Origin: Balanoglossus misakiensis
Taxonomy: Eukaryota > Animalia > Hemichordata
Length of the DNA: 64,000 nt
Reading direction: 5' to 3'
NCBI GenBank assembly: GCA_040954595.2
Contig: CM082586.2
Coordinates: 8,959,337 to 9,023,336 of the forward strand
The notes under the pieces are model-generated. The model saw only the letters and a list, made by a program, of their open reading frames with translations. It made no database searches and had not been told where the DNA came from. The translations under genes were made by a program, and so were the position numbers. Positions 40,316-51,273 of the stretch are shown here, piece after piece; positions within the stretch are counted from its first letter, which is position 1, and each line of letters begins with the position of its first letter.

Positions 40316-43300
40316 CCAGAGACTCGCGTCAGTGTGCAGCTCGAATGGACGACTGTAGTCTGGGTAAGCTAGTATCGGCGATGTAGTCAACTTCTCGATG
40401 ATAGTGCTGAATGCCTGACGACACTCTGGCGTCCAGATGTACGGAGGGGGTTTCTTCTCTGCATCTATCTTGACTCCTTTCTTCTTTTTCAGTGGCTGAC
40501 CTACTGTGAGTTCATTCAATGGTCTCGCGATAGCTGAATAACCTGGGACGAATCGCCTATAATATCCCGCGAAGCCAAGGAAAGTCCTCAACTCTCTGAC
40601 ATTTTGTGGTTCAGGCCACTTCTTGAGGGCATCAGTCTTTTCCGGGTCCGTCTCTACTCCATTCTCAGAAACGATGTGACCAAGATACTTGACACGGCTC
40701 CTGAACAACTGGCATTTCGTGTGCTTGATCTTCAAACCAAAGTCACGTAGTCTTCGAAACACTTTTTCAAGTCGATCCAAATGTTCTGCAAAAGTGTCGG
40801 AGAACACTATGATATCGTCTAAATATGCTAGACATATCTTCATGTTGTAGTCACCGAGACACTGTTCTATCGTCCTCTGGAACGTCGCACCAGCACACTT
40901 CAGACCCATCGGCATGGAAACACACTCATAAAATCCGAGAGGGGTCGTAAAAGCGGTCTTCTGAACATCCTTCTCGGCCATGGCTATCTGCCAATATCCA
41001 CTCTTGAGATCAATAGATGTGAACCAGCGTGAACCTTTCAATATATCTAGCCCCTCCTCTATTCGCGGAATAGGGTAAGAATCGCGAACGGTCACATTGT
41101 TCAACTTGCGGTAATCAATGCAGAGTCTAATTCGTCCATCTTTCTTCTGTACGAGTACCACTGGCGAGGCCCATGGACTCTTGGACTCTCGTATTATACC
41201 ACTATCCAACATGTCCTTGAGAAGTAGTCTGATTTCGTCATAGTGTGCAGGCGGGATCCTACGGTACGGTTGACGTATAGGCTCCGGATCAGTCAAGCGA
41301 ATCTCATGTTTCACCACAGTGCATCGACCGAAATCATTTTCCTTTTTGGAGAAAACTTCAGTGTTACGATCAAACATGTCTCTGACCTGATACATCTGTT
41401 CACTGGTTACAACGGAGTCACTCATATCGAAGTCCAAACCACCGCTGGTCATCACTCGACGCTCTGGTTTTGTGTTACTGTCTTGCTGTAATCCCGTGTC
41501 TGGAATGCTTTTTGAGTCAACACGCTGTACGGCTCTGGCATACCCAACCACATCTCCGGACCGGATCACAACGGGATCAGGAGATTCGTTGTGTATCATC
41601 AATGGTACTTTCGATCTTTTTCGTCCACACTCGACAGTGACTACCATGGGATCAATCATCCATCCACCAGATTCACTCCATTTGCCCTCTGGTTCGACTG
41701 TGATATCGACTCTGTCTCCTGGGGGACCTGGTTTCATCCTTCCAGTCACCCAAGCTGAACGATGAGGTTGGATGGTGAGGGGTGCTTCCATCGAAGTACG
41801 GACTGTTCCTAAACTCCCTGTCTTGCCAATGAACCTTTCTCTGGCGTGCAGAGTTTGCAAGACATTGCGACCCACAGCAGTGATTCTGCAGCTTTTACCG
41901 CTTTTGGCGTTCCCGAACTGGCTTGCACTCTTTCTATACAAGTTCAACCAGTTGGTCCCTGCAGTGATGGGTACTCTGTGGTTATATGTGTTGTCGGGTA
42001 CAACTAGCGCTAGGATCCATTTTTCCTCAGCATCTCCAAATACCTGGGTAGGAAATGAAACTTTGATTTCAACGACTCCCAAGTAATGTAAGATATCATC
42101 GGTCGCACCTCTGATTTCTAGAAGGTCATCCAAGGGGGTAAATGGTAATGACTCTAGGCTCTCTTTCCAGAATGTTTTGCTGACAGTGGTTACTTGCGAG
42201 CCGGTGTCCACCAAACACTTGCAAGTTACTCCATCCACTTTGGCTGTTTCTTCGTTCAATGGGCCTAAAACAGCGCCATCTATAGGTCTGGAATGTTTCT
42301 TCCGTCTGTGACATTTCCCACGGCGAGGTTTGGTCTGTCCTGTATGCTGTCTCACCTGAGTAGTGTCTTCCTTCCTCCTTGGCTTTACGTCACCACCCTT
42401 TGCAGTTGTCTGGTCACTACTATCGTGTCGACGGGCATTAGAAGATTCACTTCTCGGTGCGCTGCAGTCTCTCGCTCTGTGGCCTGCTTCACCGCAGTTA
42501 TAGCAGTTGAACGGTTTCTTGCCCTTGGTGTTGCTGGCCTTCTGGTTGGGCTTGTTTGACTCTGAAAGTTTGGTTTTCGCTGTAGACAAATCTCTCCGAG
42601 CTTTATCTAACTTCCTCCGCTCTTCGCTGAGTTCTCTGCGCAAAACATCTGCTTCACTCCGACCTGTTTCTGGTCGCAAACCTTCATCTTCTCGTACGGA
42701 CAGTCTTGTGTTCAGATCACCCAACGACCGTTGCAAAGACTCTATCACCTCCCGATCAGCCTGGCGTTGCTCTTGCATCAACTGTAATGCCTTCGCCATC
42801 TGTCCTATCATCCCCACGTCCACCGACCTCTGACCGTGAACGGCGATGTCATGTTCTGTATCAGAATCATCCTCAGGGTTGGTGGACTGATGTGCTCTAC
42901 CAGCAGGTGTGCGCTTCGATCGGCGGTGGTGATCTTCCCTATCCCGTATCTCCTGTTCTGCATTTCTAGCAACTCTAAACAGCTGGAGATATGTCTCACA
43001 TCGATGAAGTTCATGTCTGGTGATGTCAGAAACCCTCTCATCTTTGAGCCCTTTGAAGAAGGTTTCTCTCAGCATACCGTCTAAGGCATCTCTACTCACG
43101 GCACCTCGAACGCGAGCTGCGTGTATCAAATGTTCGAGACGGGGACCGTATGCAGCTACCGGTTCATTTTCTTCTTGACTGCAATTGTAAAACTTGCGAA
43201 GTAGCGACTGTCCAGTCTCTACCTGGCCATAGATACTTTCGAGCTTTTCAAGTATTTCAGGTATTGTGGCATTTTCCAAATACAGTACGGCAGCACGTGC

Positions 43301-43762
43301 TTCACCTTTCAAAGATTTCTCAACAGCCTGAGCTAGTACTCTGTCGTCATAAGTACCAGACCCGAGCATGCGTTCGACTTCACACTTCCAAACTTCAAAG
43401 CTTGTACCGTCTTTACTTTTTGTTTCTCCGGTGAAAGGGGTAACACGTGGGAGGTGAAAAGCATGTGGGCTGAACTGGTGAAAGGCTGACTCTCCCCTAT
43501 CTATAAACGGTGTGCTCCCCCTTAATGGTGTTTGGGTTCCCCAATCACTCTTTGTTTTTGTTTCATGACTGTGTCCAGGATCCCCTATGCGTTCATCCTT
43601 TCTAGCCCCCGCTAGGGACATGGCCAATCTTTCGCTCATACTAATACTTCTACGGGGTACAGTATTTTGGGCCAATTTGGAATCCAATGAAATCCTGACT
43701 GAATCAGGATACCCACTATCCCCTTTGGAATTTGAAGGCAGGAAACCCTTTGGTCTTTCCAT
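40310..43762 (-). CDS. gag-pol: Gypsy gag-pol 5' part: PNMA-like capsid, CCHC knuckle, aspartic protease, RT
   Basis: CYNCGEAGHRARDC, LVDTGSQVT, RLCIDYRKLN and AYLDDII. The frame breaks at TDAS(L), where LGLGAALYQ continues in another frame. Confidence 0.95.
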   Translation of the reverse strand: MERPKGFLPSNSKGDSGYPDSVRISLDSKLAQNTVPRRSISMSERLAMSLAGARKDERIGDPGHSHETKTKSDWGTQTPLRGSTPFIDRGESAFHQFSPHAFHLPRVTPFTGETKSKDGTSFEVWKCEVERMLGSGTYDDRVLAQAVEKSLKGEARAAVLYLENATIPEILEKLESIYGQVETGQSLLRKFYNCSQEENEPVAAYGPRLEHLIHAARVRGAVSRDALDGMLRETFFKGLKDERVSDITRHELHRCETYLQLFRVARNAEQEIRDREDHHRRSKRTPAGRAHQSTNPEDDSDTEHDIAVHGQRSVDVGMIGQMAKALQLMQEQRQADREVIESLQRSLGDLNTRLSVREDEGLRPETGRSEADVLRRELSEERRKLDKARRDLSTAKTKLSESNKPNQKASNTKGKKPFNCYNCGEAGHRARDCSAPRSESSNARRHDSSDQTTAKGGDVKPRRKEDTTQVRQHTGQTKPRRGKCHRRKKHSRPIDGAVLGPLNEETAKVDGVTCKCLVDTGSQVTTVSKTFWKESLESLPFTPLDDLLEIRGATDDILHYLGVVEIKVSFPTQVFGDAEEKWILALVVPDNTYNHRVPITAGTNWLNLYRKSASQFGNAKSGKSCRITAVGRNVLQTLHARERFIGKTGSLGTVRTSMEAPLTIQPHRSAWVTGRMKPGPPGDRVDITVEPEGKWSESGGWMIDPMVVTVECGRKRSKVPLMIHNESPDPVVIRSGDVVGYARAVQRVDSKSIPDTGLQQDSNTKPERRVMTSGGLDFDMSDSVVTSEQMYQVRDMFDRNTEVFSKKENDFGRCTVVKHEIRLTDPEPIRQPYRRIPPAHYDEIRLLLKDMLDSGIIRESKSPWASPVVLVQKKDGRIRLCIDYRKLNNVTVRDSYPIPRIEEGLDILKGSRWFTSIDLKSGYWQIAMAEKDVQKTAFTTPLGFYECVSMPMGLKCAGATFQRTIEQCLGDYNMKICLAYLDDIIVFSDTFAEHLDRLEKVFRRLRDFGLKIKHTKCQLFRSRVKYLGHIVSENGVETDPEKTDALKKWPEPQNVRELRTFLGFAGYYRRFVPGYSAIARPLNELTVGQPLKKKKGVKIDAEKKPPPYIWTPECRQAFSTIIEKLTTSPILAYPDYSRPFELHTDASLWD

Positions 43763-43973
43763 AATGATTCACTGATCCAAATATGCGAGACGCAAAATAA
43801 TCACCTATACGTATGAGCTCAGTCAGCACAGCATACAAACACACTGTACTCTCACATAAAACATAAATGTTTTGTATGTATGATAATGTCTGATTTCCAA
43901 TGTACAAGTGTCCTCTTGTATGATGCAAACCGTCAATACACTACACTAGTATCAAATTCAATTAGCCTAAACA

Positions 43974-43984
43974 GTTGGGCGCCA
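43974..43984 (-). other. Primer-binding site (tRNA-Lys-like)
   Basis: Minus-strand TGGCGCCCAAC, 3 nt after the 5' LTR end. Confidence 0.8.
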
Positions 43985-43987
43985 TTT

Positions 43988-45440
43988 TGTAGGGCTCACT
44001 TCACGGTAATGATCACTGTAAGCGATTACCCAGCAAAAATCTACAGGGGGTAGGGTCGTTGAATCCGATTGACATAGTTTGCACTGCAATGTGAGGACAA
44101 AAGAGGTACTTATATGGAAATCACACACAACACACATATGATGTAATGTTGAACACTTTGGTATATTATCATAAATCTACCAACAATAAAGTGCACTCAT
44201 GAACTTTACAAACTCTGAAAATCAACACTTATTTGTATTGAAAAAGATACAAATGTCCCCAGTGTATGATATGCTGTGAAATATCCACAAAATCAACAGC
44301 TGTGACAGTTCCACTGGTACACAGTCCGACAAACGCAGTTGTACTTCAGTCAGGTTTCCACACGTAGCGGCATTCACATCAGGCACACAGCAAACCTTGG
44401 CACAGGATTCTGGTGTCCACGAGCCCGCATAACACAAAGGCAATTCTGTATGGCCAACACACAGCAGTCTATGGCTTCTCGAAATTACTGAATAATTCCT
44501 CTTCAGAATCAATGTGTTCTATACGCTGGAAATACTGAACCATCTCAGCACTCGGCGAGTGTCCTGAACTGTTGTATCCCTCAATAACTCTAACACGAAC
44601 GGCTATATAAACTGAGACTCGTAACGTTCTGTCTCAGTGACTGTCAAAAGTTCAGCATGAAGCCAAAGTTCAAACTACGAGAATTCCCTCACCGTGACTC
44701 TATCATGAGCATGGATCGCCTACACACGAACAAGTCTCACCGTAAAAGATCGACAATGTCTCTGCACCCAGTGACGGCTGTCGACAATAGTTCCGTCGAT
44801 AAATATACGTGATCACAGCTGGAGTCGCTGTTAGTATGGCATAGACTAACAGTACAGCAGCCCCCTCGGTCGGCCACGTGATATTTCCTACCTCAGAGTT
44901 AGTTTGATGTAATACCCAAAAGTCAGCTCTGAATCCTCGCTAAACTCAGTCCACCAGATCGCTGAAATGTCTCTAACAGGATATCATCTCTGGAATACGG
45001 TTTACAACGCCTTTGTTGAGCGGCGATCCATCTTTTGCTCAAAAGAAAGTCACGGTGATGAACTTTCTCGAGTTTTTACTCCATTTTTCTTTCTCTCTCT
45101 CACTTTCTGAACCAATTACTCCGCATAGCACAAGCTAGCGTAAAAAAGAGTTTAAATCACGAGTCAACTATAAATGCAGTAGACCCAAAACGTGCGTTAC
45201 GTCTGAACGGGTAAAACGACGTCAAAAGCAATGACTGATTCAAATGTCTGTACTGAAAAGACTCGCGTAAAGTGCGCTATTTTCTGAATAGGCGGAACAA
45301 TACATGTCGAACGGATGGCGTCCCCCCGTCTTAAACGTGACATGTACTATAAGAAATACAACAAATTAAAGTAGTGACGTACACTATAAAATAACAGCAG
45401 ACTATAATAATCAGGTGATGCCAAAACACACCTGGTTACA
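43988..45440 (-). repeat. 5' LTR
   Basis: TGTAACC...CCCTACA on the minus strand, followed by the PBS. Confidence 0.96.
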
Positions 45441-46490
45441 CCATTAATCCCTACTGTGGCCCCTTCTTAGCTTCCAGCCACCCGTGAAAAGAATTGCCAA
45501 TCTATCCATTCTGTTCTGAAGTTTGCATACTTCATAGTACAATGTACATGTATCTTGGTTCAGCAAATCTTAATTCTCATGTAAATTTGGTGTGTCATAT
45601 TCATACATGTACTTCCCATAAGGAGAGTTATCCCAAGTATATTCAATAGGCTTAGACAAAACATCCTTTCTTTGTTAAATTGTGATCCTCATTGTTTATT
45701 TCAACAGCAGGCATTATTTTATAGTTATCTCAAGTGATTCAACTACCACAGAAACCAACAAAATTTAGAAAACTCACCCAGCTGTATACATGTCATTGCA
45801 ATGTTCTTGTCTCAAGTGTCCTCTTACTGGTATAAATTGTCTTGGATCAACACCAGAGTTTTTCTTTTGCAGACACTTTTCCATTTAGTCTGACTTTTAG
45901 TACAAGATTATGACATCATCCTCAGGAAATTGTTCAAACTACTGACCTCTGGTAATGCACAAATATCGCTACCACAGTATTCAAGTGAAGCAGCTTCCAG
46001 CTGTATGGATTGGTGACATCAAATTCATGGTGTTTGATGGGCACAGTGACTACAGTGTAACCTTACACAATCAAAATGTCCGCCTAAATGAAACCAGCCT
46101 CATTCTCGTTTCTGCACATGTCACCAAAAAGTAATTATAACCAGCTGCATATTCAAACTCTGTTTACTAGAACGTTCTGGCATATATACCGCAACCGTGC
46201 CGCAACAGACTCCACTGATCACCAGATAATATCAAACTCCCTGTTTACTTTACTTTTGCGGCATATGCGCCGCAAAAGGCTCCACTGATCACCAGTAGTA
46301 CAAGACACTCTGTGTTTATTTAAATGTTGCGGCATACGTGCCGCAAAAGTCTTGACTGATCGCCAGAAGTGTGCCGGTACTGGCGATCATCGGCGATTAG
46401 TCGCCACAAAGTTGCGGTCAGAAATTTGCATGCCGCACATGTGCCGCAACTTCGCCGCATGTTTGCCGCAAGAAAACAACTTCGTAAGGG

Positions 46491-49400
46491 CAACCTGACT
46501 GCTGCAGGTTTATTCTATCAGTGCGGATATATTTATTCATTTATTTGTTTGTTTGTTCGTTTACGGAAATTTCACATTATATTTCAATTTTTGTGACATT
46601 ATTCTCATGCTCCTCCTTCATTACTTACAGGATGGAGACACTCCTTTGCATTATGCAGCAAGGAGGGTTGGCAAAGGCCTTGTCAGATTGTTATTGGAAC
46701 ACAAAGCTGATGCTAACATACAAAACAAGGTAAATACCAACCTGACTTCAGCAGGTTTATTCTATCAATGCGGATATATTTATTCATTTATTTGTTTGTT
46801 TGTTTGTTTAAGGAAATTTCACATTAGATTTCAATTTTTGTAACATTATTCTCATGCTCCTCCTTCATTACTTACAGGATGGAGACACTCCTTTGCATGA
46901 TGCAGCAAGGAGGGATGGTGGTGAAGGCCTTGTCAGATTGTTATTGGAACACAAAGCTGATGTGACCATACAAAACGAGGTAAATACCAACTTGACTTCT
47001 GCAGGTTAATTCTATCAATGCGGATATATTTATTCATTTATTTGTTTGTTTGTTTGTTTGTTTAAGGAAATTTCACATTAGATTTCAATTTTTGTGACAT
47101 TATTCTCATGCTCCTCCTTCATTACTTACAGGATGGAGACACCCTTTTGCATTATGCAGCAAGGTTTCGTGATGAAGGCCGTGTCAGATTGTTATTGGAA
47201 CACAAAGCTGATGCTAACATACAAAACAAGGCAAATACCAACCTGACTTCTATAGGTTAATTCTGAAAGTATTGAAATATTTTTTTGTTTTTTTTTGTTT
47301 AAGGAAATTTTACATTATATTTCAATTTTTGTGACATTATTCTCATGCTCCTCCTTCATTACTTACAGGATGGAGACACCCTTTTGCATTATGCAGCAAG
47401 GTTTCGTGATGAAGGCCGTGTCAGATTGTTATTGGAACACAAAGCTGATGCTAACATACAAAACAAGGCAAATACCAACCTGACTTCTATAGGTTAATTC
47501 TGAAAGTATTGAAATATTTTTTTGTTTTTTTTTGTTTAAGGAAATTTTACATTATATTTCAATTTTTGTGACATTATTCTCATGCTCCTCCTTCATTACT
47601 TACAGGATGGAGACACTCCTTTGCATTATGCAGTAAGGGATAGTGATGAAGGCCATGTCAGATTGTTATTGGAACACAAAGCTGATGTGACCATACAAAA
47701 CAAGGTAAATACCAACCTGACTGCTGCAGGTTTATTCTATTAGTGCGGATATATTTATTCATTTATTTGTTTGTTTGTTCATTTACGGAAATTTCACATT
47801 ATATTTCAATTTTTGTGACATTATTCTCATGCTCCTCCTTCATTACTTACAGGATGGAGACACTCCTTTGCATTATGCAGCAAGGAGGGTTGGCAAAGGC
47901 CTTGTCAGATTGTTATTGGAACACAAAGCTGATGCTAACATACAAAACAAGGTAAAGACCAACCTGACTTCTGCAGGTTAATTCTATCAATGCGGATATA
48001 TTTATTCATTTATTTGTTTGTTTGTTTAAGGTAATTTCACATTAGATTTCAATTTTTGTGACATTATTCTCATGCTCCTCCTTCATTACTTACAGGATGG
48101 AGACACCCTTTTGCATTATGCAGCAAGGTTTCGTGATGAAGGCCGTGTCAGATTGTTATTGGAACACAAAGCTGATGCTAACATACAAAACAAGGTAAAT
48201 ACCAACCTGACTTCTATAGGTTAATTCTGAAAGTATTGAAATATTTTTTTGTTTTTTTTTTGTTTAAGGAAATTTCACATTATATTTCAATTTTTGTGAC
48301 ATTATTCTCATGCTCTTCCTTCATTACTTACAGGATGGAGACACTCCTTTGCATTATGCAGTAAGGGATGGTGATGAAGGCCATGTCAGATTGTTATTGG
48401 AACACAAAGCTGATGCTAACATACAAAACAAGGTAAATACCAACCTGACTTCTGCAGGTTAATTCTGAAAGTATTGAAATATTTTTTTGTTTTTTTTTTG
48501 TTTAAGGAAATTTCACATTATATTTCAATTTTTGTGACATTATTGTCATGCTCCTCGTTTATTACTTACAGGATGGAGACACTCCTTTGCATTATGCAGC
48601 AAGGAGGGTTGGTGATGAAGGCCTTGTCAGATTGTTATTGGAACACAAAGCTGATGTGACCATACAAAACAAGGTAAATACCAACCTGACTTCTGCAGGT
48701 TTATTCTATCAATGCGGATATATTTATTCATTTATTTGTTTGTTTGTTTGTTTATGGAAATTTCACATAATATTTCAATTTTTGTGACATTATTCTCATG
48801 CTCCTCCTTCATTACTTACAGGATGGAGACACTCCTTTGCATTATGCAGCAAGGAGGGTTGGTGGTGAATGCCTTGTCAGATTGTTATTGGAACACAAAG
48901 CTGATGCTAACATACAAAACAAGGTAAATACCAACCTGACTTCAGCAGGTTTATTCTATCACTGCGGATATATTTATTCATTTATTTGTTTGTTTGTTTG
49001 TTTGTTTAAGGAAATTTCACATTAGATTTCAATTTTTGTGACATTATTCTCATGCTCCTCCTTCATTACTTACAGGATGGAGACACTCCTTCGCATGATG
49101 CAGCAAGGAGGGATGGTGGTGAAGGCCTTGTCAGATTGTTATTGGAACACAAAGCTGATGCTAACATACAAAACAAGGTAAATACCAACCTGACTTCAGC
49201 AGGTTTATTCTATCAATGCGGATATATTTATTCATTTATTTGTTTGTTTGTTTGTTTAAGGAAATTTCACATTAGATTTCAATTTTTGTGACATTATTCT
49301 CATGCTCCTCCTTCATTACTTACAGGATGGAGACACTCCTTCGCATGATGCAGCAAGGAGGGATGGTGGTGAAGGCCTTGTCAGATTGTTATTGGAACAC

Positions 49401-50100
49401 AAAGCTGATGCTAACATACAAAACAAGGTAAATACCAACCTGACTTCTGCAGGTTAATTCTGAAAGTATTGAAATATTTTTTTGTTTTTTTTTTTGTTTA
49501 AGGAAATTTCACATTATATTTCAATTTTTGTGACATTATTATCATGCTCCTCCTTTATTACTTACAGGATGGAGACACTCCTTTGCATTATGCAGCAAGG
49601 GATGGTGATGAAGGCCATGTCAGATTGTTATTGGAACACAAAGCTGATGTGACCATACAAAACAAGGTAAATACCAACCTGACTTCTGCAGGTTAATTCT
49701 GAAAGTATTGAAAGATTTTTTTGTTTTTTTTTTTGTTTAAGGAAATTTCACATTACATTTCAATTTTGTGACATTATTCTCATGCTCCTCCTTCATTACT
49801 TACAGGATGGAGACACTCCTTCGCATGATGCAGCAAGGAGGGATGATGGTGAAGGCCTTGTCAGATTGTTATTGGAACACAAAGCTGATGCTAACATACA
49901 AAACAAGGTAAATACCAACCTGACTTCTGCAGGTTTATTCTATCAATGCGGATATATTTATTCATTTATTTGTTTGTTTGTTTGTTTGTTTGTTTGTTTG
50001 TTTGTATAAGAAAACACATTTCATTTCAATTTTTGTGACATTGTTCTCATGCTCTTCCTTCATGACTTACAGAAAGGAGACCCCTTTGCATTTTGCAGCA
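46491..50100 (+). repeat. Tandem ankyrin-exon array, right block: 14 intact exons plus one truncated
   Basis: Exon starts: 46631, 46878, 47132, 47369, 47606, 47853, 48096, 48334, 48572, 48822, 49076, 49326, 49568, 49806. A broken unit lies at 50073. Confidence 0.95.
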
Positions 50101-51162
50101 TATGTCATATAATTTTGTCATTGTCCTTTGAATCAAAACTGCTCACTCTGTCGGGTCAGGTGTTATACAGGCAGGTGTGGAAACGATTTGCATTCCTTTC
50201 TTTCTTTCTTTGTTAATCAATCAATTGTTGTTCTATTCATTGATCATCACCCCCCTGTACCATGAACATCACAAGGCAATGCATTGAATTCAGCTCTTCC
50301 AGCTAGTGGCCGCACTTGCTTGACTTCCTGCGTGTGTCTCTGGGGATGAAAAGAATGCATATGCGTCTTTTCCTAATTTGCATATTTTGAATGGGTGTTC
50401 CAGCGTGAGTAACCGTTCATTTGACTTCCAGCTCGCATCGAATACACGTTAGGGACTGTTTTTACGGCTGGGGGGGGGGCAAGTTTGGGTCATCGATTTT
50501 CAAAATCAGGCCGACCCCCCCTTCACCCTGGACCAAAAAATGATGACCCCCCCTTTGACAGACCCAAAATATGATGACCCCCCCCCCCCCCCCCCGCTGA
50601 AAACATTCGCCGTGCTGATCCTATGTACACTGTATGCAATAAAGGGAATGAGGCTCCTCACACCTCAATTATAAATTTCTTAAAGTAATTGAAGTATATA
50701 TAATAGTATATCGTTGCAATAAAAAATATATGAACAAAATAAAATGACAAGTCAATATAATAGAAAATTTAAGAAAATGTTGTAAAATACGGTGCTCAAA
50801 GTTGCATTCGAATGAACTCTAAAGCAAATTAACTCAATGTTAGGCAGGACAAATTTTAATTTTGCCACTCCACTCAAAGTAAACATCAGGGGTAGGGTGG
50901 GTAGAAGTCTGCCGTGGTACACTAGACAAACCAGCGAATAAATGATATGTGGCAAAGAATGGAGGGGGAGGGGTGTGCGAGGGGGTGTCCCCCTCCCACA
51001 TAAGAAAATTTTGTAAAATATGTAGCTCAAAGTTGCATTTTTATGAACTCAAGAGCAAATTATCTCAGTGTTTGGGAGGACCTAAAATTTGACTTATAGG
51101 TGTGCGTGCCTCAATCATCTGATGCATGTATTCATCTATGAAAATTTGTGATCCATTTTCAG

Positions 51163-51273
51163 AACGTAGTGACTCCTTGTCAAGAGGCAGGAAGGAAGGC
51201 TGGGCGGGGTGCAGGCACCAATATTGCAAGAGCCTTTGTGGAATATCATTTTGACAATGAGAAAGTATATCAG
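51163..51273 (+). CDS. Post-ankyrin (C-cap/linker) exon with GC donor
   Basis: TTTCAG|NVVTPCQEAGRKAGRGAGTNIARAFVEYHFDNEKVYQ|GCAAGT, 111 bp, phase 0. Confidence 0.7.

Larger units (their letters stand above)
35662..45440 (-). mobile_element. Full-length Ty3/Gypsy LTR retrotransposon
   Basis: Two 1453-bp TG...CA LTRs (35662-37114 and 43988-45440), a PBS, a PPT, and gag-pol with PR-RT-RH-IN domain order. Confidence 0.97.
35444..46490. mobile_element. Non-autonomous CACTA/EnSpm (CMC)-like DNA transposon (~1.27 kb net) inserted in an array intron and hosting the Gypsy element
   Basis: CCCTTACGAA...TTCGTAAGGG termini. A 2-bp CA target duplication restores the intron GTAAATAC-CA-ACCTGAC. Dense subterminal CCGCAA/TTGCGG repeats at both ends. 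Confidence 0.8.

Noticed and set aside
31255-50009. Many short ORFs starting MLLLHYLQ... as separate genes
   Set aside because: They are intron read-through around single ankyrin exons.
31250-50100. CRISPR-like repeat/spacer appearance of the array
   Set aside because: Units are ~245 bp with splice signals and encode ankyrin repeats. The context is eukaryotic, with no cas genes and no unique spacers.
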